Assembly: GCA_965261085.1 (NCBI GenBank)
Contig: OZ253442.1
Coordinates: 864,001 to 928,000 of the forward strand
DNA length: 64,000 nucleotides
Direction of reading: 5' to 3'
From: a bacterium
Lineage (GTDB): Bacteria > UBA8248
Part shown: positions 19,020 to 27,932 of the stretch, in pieces
Layout of the letters: every line of letters starts with the position of its first letter
Numbering within the stretch: position 1 is the first letter of the stretch
The notes under the pieces: generated by a model
Database searches by the model: none
What the model saw: only the letters and a program-made list of their open reading frames with translations
Told to the model about the DNA's origin: nothing
Translations under genes and position numbers: made by a program

Positions 19020-19111
19020 GGAGAGGTGGCCGAGTCCGGTTTAAGGCGGCAGACTCGAAATCTGTTGTGCAGGTAACTGCACCGGGGGTTCGAATCCCTC
19101 CCTCTCCGCCA
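19020..19111 (+). tRNA. tRNA-Ser(CGA)
   Basis: GGAGAGG/CCTCTCC acceptor stem, anticodon CGA at 19056-58, long variable arm, GGTTCGAATCC, encoded CCA. Confidence 0.96.
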
Positions 19112-19378
19112 ATTTCATGCCGGCAGGCCGAGTGGAGACCCGGGTTTGTCGCAGCCTTATATATATCCGCAACCCCGGTTCCAGATTCCGCAGAGCAGTC
19201 CCTCCCTTCCCGGTTGGAACTGACCTCATCGGTCGGCAAACACTCCCTCTCCTCGGTCGTGTTTGACCCTCCATCTCCGCCAATTTCATGCCGGCAGGGG
19301 TCGGTGAACGCCCAAGCCTCTCGTAGCCTCTTTCGTATGGGCGAGCCCGGTGGAAACCTGAGTTTCTCGTAGCCTTCT
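19103..19378 (+). repeat. duplicated tRNA 3' end (25 bp) plus ~45-bp repeat units
   Basis: tctccgccaatttcatgccggcagg at 19103 and 19274; units of the form tttcat..ggc.g.cc.gtgg..acc.g.gtttctcgtagcc. Confidence 0.75.
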
Positions 19379-19576
19379 TGCAGCCAATAGTGAGGGTGCG
19401 CCAGGCATCGCCATCTCCAAGAAAGATAGGCCCGAAGGCGGGGGCGATGGCGCCGGGATTGATCTTGGCGGTGAAGTTTGACCCCTCTTTTCGTATCGAG
19501 CGGCAATTTTAGGAGGTTCTCGAGTAACGGAAGTCCCGACTTGTCCATATGACAACCAAATCGAGGAAGGTTACCT

Positions 19577-20572
19577 ATGATACCGGCGGATGAGACATTC
19601 GGCGGCACATGGCCGTATGAGCCGCATTTTTTCGAAGGGAACGGCTTTCGCCAGCACTATATTGACGAGCGTGGGGGTGACGAGGGAGCAGACGACGTCA
19701 TTGTTTGTCTCCACGGGGAACCGACGTGGGGTTATCTCTACCGGAACTTCATTCCCAGGTTGCGCAAGCTGGGGCGCGTCATCGCGCCGGACCACATGGG
19801 CTTTGGCAAAAGCGAAACCCCTCAAGACAAGGATTACTCCATTCGTGAACATAGCGATAATCTCGAAGCTCTGCTCCTGGAGCTCGACGTGTGGAACATC
19901 ACCTTCGTCATGCAGGACTGGGGTGGCTCCATCGGCGCCAGTTTCGCCGTGCGGCATCCGGACCGCATCAAGTGTCTATGTATCTGCAACACCTATGCGC
20001 CCTGGGCGAGAATACCCACAGACGGAAAATTTCCTACCCCCGAGCATAAATGGTTTAACTGGGTGCAGACGGATCAATACGAACCCACTCTTTTGAATCT
20101 CGGCGCGACGGTGCTGTCGGTGATGAAGAGAATCGGCTTCGAGCGTACCGCACAGGTGGACGAGACCTGGGTCCGCGCTTACGCCAGCCCGTTTCCCACT
20201 CCGGAGTCCTGTCGTGGCGCGCTGCAATTCCCTCGCAACATTACGGATCCAAAAACTTTTGAATTCTTCCAGGAGCTTGCGGACAAGCACGACGTGGAAG
20301 TCTTGAAGACCATTCCCGCCATGTGCATCCATGGGGAAGAGGACCGGGCGATGCCTGCCAGGTATACGGTCTTTCGGTTCAAGAGTATCTGGCCCAATGG
20401 ACCCGTCGTCACCCTGCCGGGCGTCGGTCACTTTGTCCAGGAAGACGCGCCGGAGACGGTGACGGCTCTCATCGAGCAGTTCGTCCAGATGAACAATCCG
20501 CCTGTCGATGCTTTTTCCGAGCCGAGCCGGGCGTGGAACGAAGGCGACCGGTGGGCGAAAGGCAAGGAGTGA
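19577..20572 (+). CDS. haloalkane dehalogenase-like alpha/beta hydrolase
   Basis: HGEPTWGYLYR, QDWGG nucleophile Asp, AYASPFP, GHFVQED. Confidence 0.8.
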   Translation: MIPADETFGGTWPYEPHFFEGNGFRQHYIDERGGDEGADDVIVCLHGEPTWGYLYRNFIPRLRKLGRVIAPDHMGFGKSETPQDKDYSIREHSDNLEALLLELDVWNITFVMQDWGGSIGASFAVRHPDRIKCLCICNTYAPWARIPTDGKFPTPEHKWFNWVQTDQYEPTLLNLGATVLSVMKRIGFERTAQVDETWVRAYASPFPTPESCRGALQFPRNITDPKTFEFFQELADKHDVEVLKTIPAMCIHGEEDRAMPARYTVFRFKSIWPNGPVVTLPGVGHFVQEDAPETVTALIEQFVQMNNPPVDAFSEPSRAWNEGDRWAKGKE

Positions 20573-20635
20573 ACGTTGCTTTTCCTGGCGAGGGCTCTGC
20601 CCCACCGAATTTGAATTGGACAGACGTGTTGAATC

Positions 20636-20860
20636 GGGGTGGAGTCGGCAAGACAAGGGCGAAGCCCGAAGCCGCGCCGGTGGGGGGAGCTTTTGTTTTG
20701 TGGAACCATACCCCCCACGCATCAGCCTTCGCACAAACCGCTCGGCTTCTGCTACAATCCCTCCCTCTTCGGTCAGAATTAACCCTCAAGGGGGGAGTGT
20801 TTCTTGCTCTTTCATTGATCGCGTCAAATCCTCGTTCATCGGGGCTTTTTCAACAGCCCC
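20636..20860. mobile_element. REP/MITE-like element (family A) plus orphan MITE right end
   Basis: homologous to 58848-58993 and 62045-62214; tttttcaacagcccc end at ~20846-20860. Confidence 0.7.
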
Positions 20861-20971
20861 CGAGGGGAGTGATTTTTGCCTTTGCGCGTCATTCCGGGTA
20901 TGCCGGAATCCAGAATCAAAGTCACTACATTCCGTTTGATAAGCGTCGGCTAAGCCGCTATCTTAAAGCAC

Positions 20972-21976
20972 ATGAAGATCACCACCGCGATCACCCGCCT
21001 GCTGAACATCGACCATCCGATTCTGCTCGCCCCGATGGGCGGCGTTGCGGGCGGCGCGCTGGCCGGCGCGGTTTCGGCCGCCGGCGGGTTGGGCCTGATC
21101 GGCGCCGGCTACGCCGACCCTGCGTTCGGCTACGGCTCCGACGACTGGATTCGGAGCGAGTTCGACAAAGCGGGCGACCATCCAGTCGGTATCGGCTTCA
21201 TTACCTGGGCGCTGGACAAACGGTCCGGCGCGCTCGACGCAGCGCTGGAATGCCGGCCGCGGGCCGTCATGCTTTCTTTCGGTGATATCGCACCCTACGC
21301 TATGAAGATCCGGGCGGCCGGCGCGACGCTGATCTGCCAGGTCCAAACCCTGAAAGATGCCCGGGAGGCGGCGGCGAAGGGCGCCCAGATTATCGTCGCC
21401 CAGGGCACGGAGGCCGGGGGCCACGGGGCTGACCGATCCACGCTGCCACTTGTTCCGGCGGTCGCCGATGCGGTGGCGCCGATCCCTGTTGCCGCAGCCG
21501 GCGGCATTGCCGACGGGCGCGGACTGGCAGCCGCTCTCATACTGGGCGCCGAGGCCGTGCTGATTGGCACCCGTTTCTGGGCCACGCAGGAAGCGCTGGG
21601 TCATCCGAACCAGAAAGCGCTGATCGAGCGAACCGGCGGGGACCACACGCTGCGCACCAAGGCCTTCGACACGGCCCGGGACATCGCCTGGCCGGAACCT
21701 TACACCGGGCGCGCCATCCGCAACGCTTTTGCCGAAACCTGGCATGGCCGCGACGACGAATTGCGAGAGCGGGGCTCCTCGATGCGCGAACGCTTCTTCG
21801 CGGCCCAGCGCGGCGGGGATACGGAGGTGGCGGTAACATTCGCCGGTGAAGGCCTGGACCTGATAGCCGATCGCCCGTCCGCGGGCGCGCTGGTTGCGCG
21901 GATCGTCGACGAGGCTATCGAAGCGCTTACCAAGGCGCCGAGCCGTTATCTCACCCGCGGCCCGGCGGAAGGCTGA
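20972..21976 (+). CDS. nitronate monooxygenase family protein
   Basis: PILLAPMG, QGTEAGGH, AAGGIADGRG, GTRF..TQE. Confidence 0.9.
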   Translation: MKITTAITRLLNIDHPILLAPMGGVAGGALAGAVSAAGGLGLIGAGYADPAFGYGSDDWIRSEFDKAGDHPVGIGFITWALDKRSGALDAALECRPRAVMLSFGDIAPYAMKIRAAGATLICQVQTLKDAREAAAKGAQIIVAQGTEAGGHGADRSTLPLVPAVADAVAPIPVAAAGGIADGRGLAAALILGAEAVLIGTRFWATQEALGHPNQKALIERTGGDHTLRTKAFDTARDIAWPEPYTGRAIRNAFAETWHGRDDELRERGSSMRERFFAAQRGGDTEVAVTFAGEGLDLIADRPSAGALVARIVDEAIEALTKAPSRYLTRGPAEG

Positions 21977-22123
21977 TGGACGGACTGAATCTGTACTCGG
22001 TAAGCACTCGCTAGAAAGCGTAATGAGACACGCTGGCTAAGCCATCGGGCGATATCGACCCCAGACGGCTCGCCTTCCAGTCCAGTAATGGTGCGACGGC
22101 CGCAAGGTGGAAAGAGGGTCACC

Positions 22124-23557
22124 CTATCTAAGAAGCTCGCTGAGTCGGCGTTCAAGATACTGGTCCACATCTAATCTGCATCCCTCCTCAATCATTTTAA
22201 GCATCCGCTCAATGTCTTCATCAACCAATGCAATAATGAAGCCTCGGTCGTCTCTTGCGGTGTCCCGGCAGCGCGCGATGAACCGCTCGCGATTGTCAAA
22301 GTTCCTGCCAATCAGAAGTCCAAGGCGGCCTCGTACTGGCGAAAACCGACCAGCAAGCTGGTCAAGTTCGGGATTCGCCATTTCCTGCAAATAGTTCTTG
22401 CATTCGACGTAAACCTTTGTAGCGGCGATTCTCACGTCTTGGCGACGGCGAAAGAAGAAGCCTGTATTACTGTTGTTCGTGTAGGCTATGTCGATCCTCT
22501 TCCGGCCCTCATGTATCTCAAGCTCTTTCTCGGGATAAATCAGGTTCGGATAGAAGATGAACTCCAAAGCTCCGATCATGAAGCTGTGAAAACGACTGGC
22601 GTCAAGATTGCCGCGTGTAATCTCGCTAAGCCGAGCAGTTAATGTACTTGCAAATATTTCCTCTACGAAACCTTCCTCCAGCTCAAAGTCTTTTAGCTCG
22701 GGCGGTACGCCTAGCAGGTTTTTGTAGCGTTCAAGGACTTCGGGATGGTCTTTGGAAAAATCGGCAAGAAAATGTTTTGAGGGCGGATACATCTTTTCAA
22801 GTGAAGTTTTTGTTACCCGCTGTTGTCCGTTCTTTAGTGTTTCCACCAAGGCAGTGCCTTGGGACAGATGTTCTGACTGAAGGAATTCCAAAACAAACTT
22901 CTTGTAATATTGCCGGTGTGAAAAGGCCAAGCTCCACCGCACGCTGGCCTTCGGAACCATGATTATCTTTCTGCCCTCGATGATCGGTAGTCGCACATAA
23001 CGATTTCCCCAATTTCGGTTGTACTCATTCCACAAATTTCCCGAAGCAACTTGCCCGCGTAGCTCGATGCCATGAAGATCACACTGGTACTGTGTGTATT
23101 CGATCAAATGTTCCCGAATGATGTTCGTAGTTATATCCGAAATCTTGTCTGCTCCGATTCGCGGTATGAAAAGCTCGCAGTCGGAAAGCTCTTCCAATTG
23201 CCCGGTTTCTGCGGCTCGACTTTCCCTCAGTTTATTAAAGAGGTCTTTTGCTTGAAGGCTCCCTATCCCGCGCCCTGAAGGGGTTTGACGGGAAAGGCCC
23301 AGAGAGGTCTCGTTCGGCTCATGAAGCTGGCTCAGAAGCATCTGGCCTCTAGGTTCATTCCCTACCTTGATGGCCTCAAGCACAGCTTCAAAGAAAGACA
23401 GTATCGCGTTGTGACAATTAACAGACCAATCATCAGATCGCTTGCTGAACACATAAGGATCAATGAAAAGTTGCGTGTCTGTATCCGTATCAACATCAAC
23501 GAAGTCCAGCTCAGGCTGGCTTTTGTCTATCTTGAAATGCTGTGACAGCTTAGGCAT
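22124..23557 (-). CDS. hypothetical protein with C-terminal PD-(D/E)xK restriction-endonuclease-like motif
   Basis: 477 aa, lower GC than flanks; E-x-x-EGRKRIDI...VECKNY...DQL motif. Confidence 0.7.
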   Translation of the reverse strand: MPKLSQHFKIDKSQPELDFVDVDTDTDTQLFIDPYVFSKRSDDWSVNCHNAILSFFEAVLEAIKVGNEPRGQMLLSQLHEPNETSLGLSRQTPSGRGIGSLQAKDLFNKLRESRAAETGQLEELSDCELFIPRIGADKISDITTNIIREHLIEYTQYQCDLHGIELRGQVASGNLWNEYNRNWGNRYVRLPIIEGRKIIMVPKASVRWSLAFSHRQYYKKFVLEFLQSEHLSQGTALVETLKNGQQRVTKTSLEKMYPPSKHFLADFSKDHPEVLERYKNLLGVPPELKDFELEEGFVEEIFASTLTARLSEITRGNLDASRFHSFMIGALEFIFYPNLIYPEKELEIHEGRKRIDIAYTNNSNTGFFFRRRQDVRIAATKVYVECKNYLQEMANPELDQLAGRFSPVRGRLGLLIGRNFDNRERFIARCRDTARDDRGFIIALVDEDIERMLKMIEEGCRLDVDQYLERRLSELLR

Positions 23558-23790
23558 GGGTATAACCTAAAGTTTGAGTGTGCTTTGAATGCAGTACGGC
23601 CGTGTCATCACGGATTCTAGATGAAGTCATTGGGCACCAGCCTTAATTTGTCTCGTTCGGTTGGTTCAGAACAATCAATGATCAGCTTCTCGAATGAAGT
23701 TGAGCCTCTCTGCGCCCATATCCACTTGCGACGTTTTCCAGCCTACCATTTTACAGGCCAAGGTGTGTGAATGTCCATCACGCTCTACTT

Positions 23791-24008
23791 GGTTGGGCCT
23801 GATTGGCGCAGGCTACGCCGACCCTGCGTTCGGCTACGGCTCCGACGACTGGATTCGGGGGAGTTCGACAAGGCGGGCGGCCAAGCTATCGGCATCGGCT
23901 TCATTGCCGGCGCGCTGGTCGAGCGGATCGTCGACGAGGCGATCGACGCGCTTAACGCGGCTCCGAGCCGTTATCTCACCCGCGGCCCGGCGGAAGGCTG
24001 ATGGACGG
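23791..24008 (+). pseudogene. internally deleted copy of the nitronate monooxygenase gene
   Basis: matches ~21087-21205 fused to ~21884-21983, including the stop codon; frameshifted, no start. Confidence 0.85.
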
Positions 24009-24577
24009 GCGCCATTGGCCGCGCGCCATGATTTGCTTTGCCGCGCGCCCGTATCGACGCCGGGCTTCGCTTCGCTCTAAGGCCCCTGGTTTCGCCCGGA
24101 CGCTCTGTAAGGTTTCGCTCAGGGCGTTGAACAGTCCCAGGAAAAGCCCCCTGCCGCCATCGTCTTCCTGGAACAAGCTCTGGGTGAACCCCACCACCAA
24201 CCGGGGATTGCCGTCGCCATCGGGGCGATTGGAAAACTGCCCGCCCCAATGTCCGCCCGATTTCGTGACGCTCCACTCCGGATGCGTCACCCTCACGTCG
24301 GCCTGCTCGAAATTGCCGTTTCGCGTGAAGGGCGTGGGCCCGAAATGCAGTTCGTAATCGGTAGGCGGGGTATGGAATAAGCGGAATCTCTGGCCGTGTT
24401 GAGCCTGATAGTACGTCCGTTTTCCCGCGTCACTTCCACGTCGAGAACCCGGCCGTCGAACTTCGTGACCCTTTTGAAGTCGAAGCGACCCTCGTCATCA
24501 GACAAGCCCCCGCCCCCGCCCGAGGCGCAGCCGCCGAGAATAATCGTTGCGAATAAAATGGAGATGAGGCGTTTCAT
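23976..24577 (-). pseudogene. frameshifted lipoprotein remnant
   Basis: lipobox LGGC after signal peptide (24577); coding-like sequence continues in another frame (VTHPEW...GHWGGQFSNRPD...NPRLVVG). Confidence 0.6.
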
Positions 24578-25269
24578 GGCTTTCTCCCTGCTAGGTGTGT
24601 TTATCTTCTGATTTCATGTCTTGTATTTTAGGATTTCCCCGTGAGGGCTGGGAGTTCGGGCGTTATTTTCCAAACTGGATGTGTCTGGCCGTGGTTGTCG
24701 TCACGCCCAATGACCAGGGTGGCGCCTCGTGTTTAATGGCTTGTGAAAGTTCTATGTCGCGTTTGTGTCGCTCAAGAGCAAGTATTGCTTTTAGCGTCTT
24801 TGATTTCTTCGGTCAATGCGGAGACTCTCGAGTTGATGAGCGGTTTTTCTGAGGCTCCAGATGAAAGGCGCGGATGATTCCGCAAGTCTATTTCTCCCTT
24901 ATCGGTCGGAATTGACCTACATTTTTCCATTCTTTTTCCGAAATCGCTTGCGCGATGGTTCGGATGTTCCATAGGCGAAGGCGAGCAGGAATCCCGTAGT
25001 GGCGGCCCCTCCCCGGGTCCGCCCCATGGGCCGCCCGCATTCAGGGAATCACGAACCCCTCAACGAAAACCGGCGGTGAGCGCTTGCGGTTTGCTACCTG
25101 TGGGCGAACACGCACGATCTTCCCCTTCGCGGCGAAGATCGACACCCCTACACAAAAGCGCGATCTTCCCATTTCCGGGGAAGTTCGTTTCCTCTCTCAA
25201 CACGCAGTTCCCCGCATTTGCCGTTGCCGCGAATTTTCGGGTCTCGGTATCGTAGTTCGGTCGTGGCGG

Positions 25270-25670
25270 CATCCCTCCCTCCTTGGTCGGGATTGACCCC
25301 GCAATTGCCGCAGGCGTTCGAATCGGGTGCTCGCGTAGCCTTTCATCAGGACGGGCCCGGTGGGGGACCTGGGTTTCTCCTAACCTTTGATGCGGGCGGG
25401 CCTGGTGGATGCCCATATCTCTCGCAGCCCATTCGGCGCGTTTGGAGTTGATGAAACAATGAAACCTCTCGCAGTTTTTCATATGGGCAGGCCCGGTGGC
25501 GGGTTCACATATTTCGAAGCCTTTGATACGGGCAGTCCCGGTGGCGGACCTGGGTTTCTCCTAACCTTTGATACGGGCAGGCCCGGTGGCGGGTTTACAT
25601 ATTTCGAAGCCTTCGATAAGGACGAACCGGGCAGGGAGCGCGAGTTTCCCGAGGCCTCTCATGCGGGCGA
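25270..25670 (+). repeat. tandem array of ~45-bp imperfect repeats
   Basis: about 6-7 units, e.g. tttgatacgggcaggcccggtggcgggtttacatatttcgaagcc and tttgatacgggcagtcccggtggcggacctgggtttctcctaacc. Confidence 0.85.
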
Positions 25671-25932
25671 ACTCCCCTCGCGGCTCAACGGCTCTCGCTG
25701 CTCAGGCTCGGAAGGGGAGCGCCTCAGCGGCGGGACAGGTTTCGCCTTCGGGGAATATGGGATCGATTTAATGGGAATATGTGAAAATATCGATAAATTC
25801 CTGAAAAATAATTCACCTGTAAGTGATTGAAATAATAAGAGTTATTTTTATAATCCGAGAGTATCACACTCAAATATGGAGTGAAAAGAAATTTTCCGGG
25901 TCCCCCGCATTTGCCCGCATTTGCGCGAGGCG

Positions 25933-26901
25933 CTACTTGCGGATGGTGCCGAAGCTGAAGCCCGTGACGAGGTGCTTCTGGATAAGGACGCCGAGAATAA
26001 CCACGGGGATGGTGATGACGGTCCCTATCGCCGCCTGGGGGCCGTAGAGTCTTCCCTCCATCGCGCTCTGGAACTTGTTGAGCAATACGGGAAGGGTGGC
26101 TACGTTCGGCTGGGTCAGCGTCAGCGCGAGCAGGAACTCGCTCCAGTTCAGGATGAAGATGAAGAGAAAGGTCACGACCATGCCCGGAGCGACCAGGGGG
26201 ACGACCACGCGGCGCAGCGTGTAGATACGCCCCGCGCCCATGATTTGGGCGGCGTGTTCGATGGTCATGGGTACTTCGTCGATGAAGTTCAGCATCATCC
26301 AGATGACGAACGGCAGCGTGGTCGCCATATAGAGGAGGCCCAGGCCGAGGTAGGTGTCGATCATGCTGATTCTAATCCCGAGGACCGTCTGGGTGGCGAA
26401 CGGAATCAGGATGGCGTAGTACATCACGACGGGAATCGCGATGATGATGGGCGGGACCATCCGGATGGTGAGAATCATATAGCGGAAATACTTTCCGCCG
26501 ACGCCGAACCTCGATATCGAATAGGCCAGAAACGTGCCCAGCAGGAGCGCGGCCAGGGAACTGAGGGAAGCGATGAGCATCGAATCCCGCACCGCTCCCC
26601 AGATGGTGTAGGCCTGATCGGTGGCTTCGCGGCTGAGGCCTTCGCCGTGCCCGGCGAAGGTGAAAATCTGCCGGTAGTTCAGCAGAGTGGGTTCATACCC
26701 CCCGCCTAAGAAGGTCGGAAACCAGTTCGGCGGCCAGGCGACCCAGTCGCCCGAATCCTTGAAGGAGGTCGATATCATCCAGAAGATCGGGAACATGATC
26801 ATGATGGCCCAGCCCAGCAGCGCGGCGTGGCGGAACCAGAAGAAGAGGTTGTAGCGCTTGGCGAAAGACATTTCGGCGCGCCTGCTTGCGTCGTTCGTCA
26901 T
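25933..26901 (-). CDS. carbohydrate ABC transporter permease (MalG-like)
   Basis: PIFWMISTSFK, EHAAQIMGA (EAA motif), FILNWSEF. Confidence 0.9.
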   Translation of the reverse strand: MTNDASRRAEMSFAKRYNLFFWFRHAALLGWAIMIMFPIFWMISTSFKDSGDWVAWPPNWFPTFLGGGYEPTLLNYRQIFTFAGHGEGLSREATDQAYTIWGAVRDSMLIASLSSLAALLLGTFLAYSISRFGVGGKYFRYMILTIRMVPPIIIAIPVVMYYAILIPFATQTVLGIRISMIDTYLGLGLLYMATTLPFVIWMMLNFIDEVPMTIEHAAQIMGAGRIYTLRRVVVPLVAPGMVVTFLFIFILNWSEFLLALTLTQPNVATLPVLLNKFQSAMEGRLYGPQAAIGTVITIPVVILGVLIQKHLVTGFSFGTIRK

Positions 26902-27848
26902 TTCATTCGCTCCTCTTCGACGATGGAGCGCTCCCGGACGAGCAGATAAATGCCGTAGAAGATGAGTCCCCCGAACATGAAGAGCAACAACACCGAGGCG
27001 GCCGCGCCGAAGCTGTACTTGTTGAACTGCCACACTTGGCGCCAGAGGAAGAACGCGATGGTTTCAGTCGAGGTGCCCGGGCCGCCGAAGGTGAGCAGCA
27101 CGGATAGATCGAAAAGTTTGAGCGCCTCCATCGATCGAATGATGACGGCGATCATGATCGCGGGCTTTAACAGCGGGAGGTGGACTTTCCAGAATATCTG
27201 CCACCTGCTCGCTCCCAGAACGCGCGCGGCGTTGGTGAGTTGCTGTGGAAGCGCGGCGAAGCCAGAGAGAAAAATCAGGAACGTCAATGATGTCCACTGC
27301 CATACGTCGGCGAGGATGATCGCCCACTGCGCGGCGATGGGGTGAGAGAGCCAGCGGATGCGCGGGTTCACGCCCAAAGCTTCGGTGATCGGAGCCAAAA
27401 GCTGGTTGAGGGGTCCTGAGTCGATGTAGATCATCGAAAAGTTGTAGCCCCCCACGACCGGAACCACCATCATGGGAATCAGGAAAATGGTGATGTAAAG
27501 CCGCCTGCCCCCGAACTGCCTGTAGGCCAGCATGGCGAGGAGAAAACCGAAGAGCAACTCGAGGGTGACCGCCGTTCCCGCGAAATAAAAGGTTCGCCCG
27601 AGGGCCCACCAGAAATCTTCGGTGGTGAGGACGCGGACATAATTCAGGAAGCCGTGAAAATAGGCCCGCTCGAAGGGCCGGTTGGCGCGCCATTTGAGGA
27701 GGCTGATGTAGATGGTGAGTATAAAAGGAACAGCGAGAAGCAGGAGGAAGGTCGCCTCCACCATGACGAACGGAATCAGGCGGAACACCTTCTCCTGTGA
27801 GAGCCAGGCGGAGAGACTTTTTCGCTGCTTTATCGACGCTTGGGCCAT
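26898..27848 (-). CDS. carbohydrate ABC transporter permease (MalF-like)
   Basis: ADVWQWT, NAARVLGASRWQ, LTFGGPG. Confidence 0.9.
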   Translation of the reverse strand: MAQASIKQRKSLSAWLSQEKVFRLIPFVMVEATFLLLLAVPFILTIYISLLKWRANRPFERAYFHGFLNYVRVLTTEDFWWALGRTFYFAGTAVTLELLFGFLLAMLAYRQFGGRRLYITIFLIPMMVVPVVGGYNFSMIYIDSGPLNQLLAPITEALGVNPRIRWLSHPIAAQWAIILADVWQWTSLTFLIFLSGFAALPQQLTNAARVLGASRWQIFWKVHLPLLKPAIMIAVIIRSMEALKLFDLSVLLTFGGPGTSTETIAFFLWRQVWQFNKYSFGAAASVLLLFMFGGLIFYGIYLLVRERSIVEEERMK

Positions 27849-27932
27849 TTTTCCGTCTTTATCTCAACGTGTATCGCGCAAGGCGCCTGCCCCGGCTTGG
27901 TGCGCCGGAGCAGGCGCTCTTGAGCGCAGTGC

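Noticed and set aside
19020-19111. tRNA-Sec (selC), given the nearby selenoproteins
   Set aside because: Anticodon is CGA, not TCA, and the acceptor stem is a normal 7 bp; this is tRNA-Ser.
24970-25200. Riboswitch (cobalamin or FMN) in GC-rich hairpins
   Set aside because: Consensus motifs were not found on either strand and no fitting gene lies downstream.
25330-25670. CRISPR array
   Set aside because: Variable parts are only ~17 nt and recur in alternation, repeats are degenerate, and there are no cas genes in the window.
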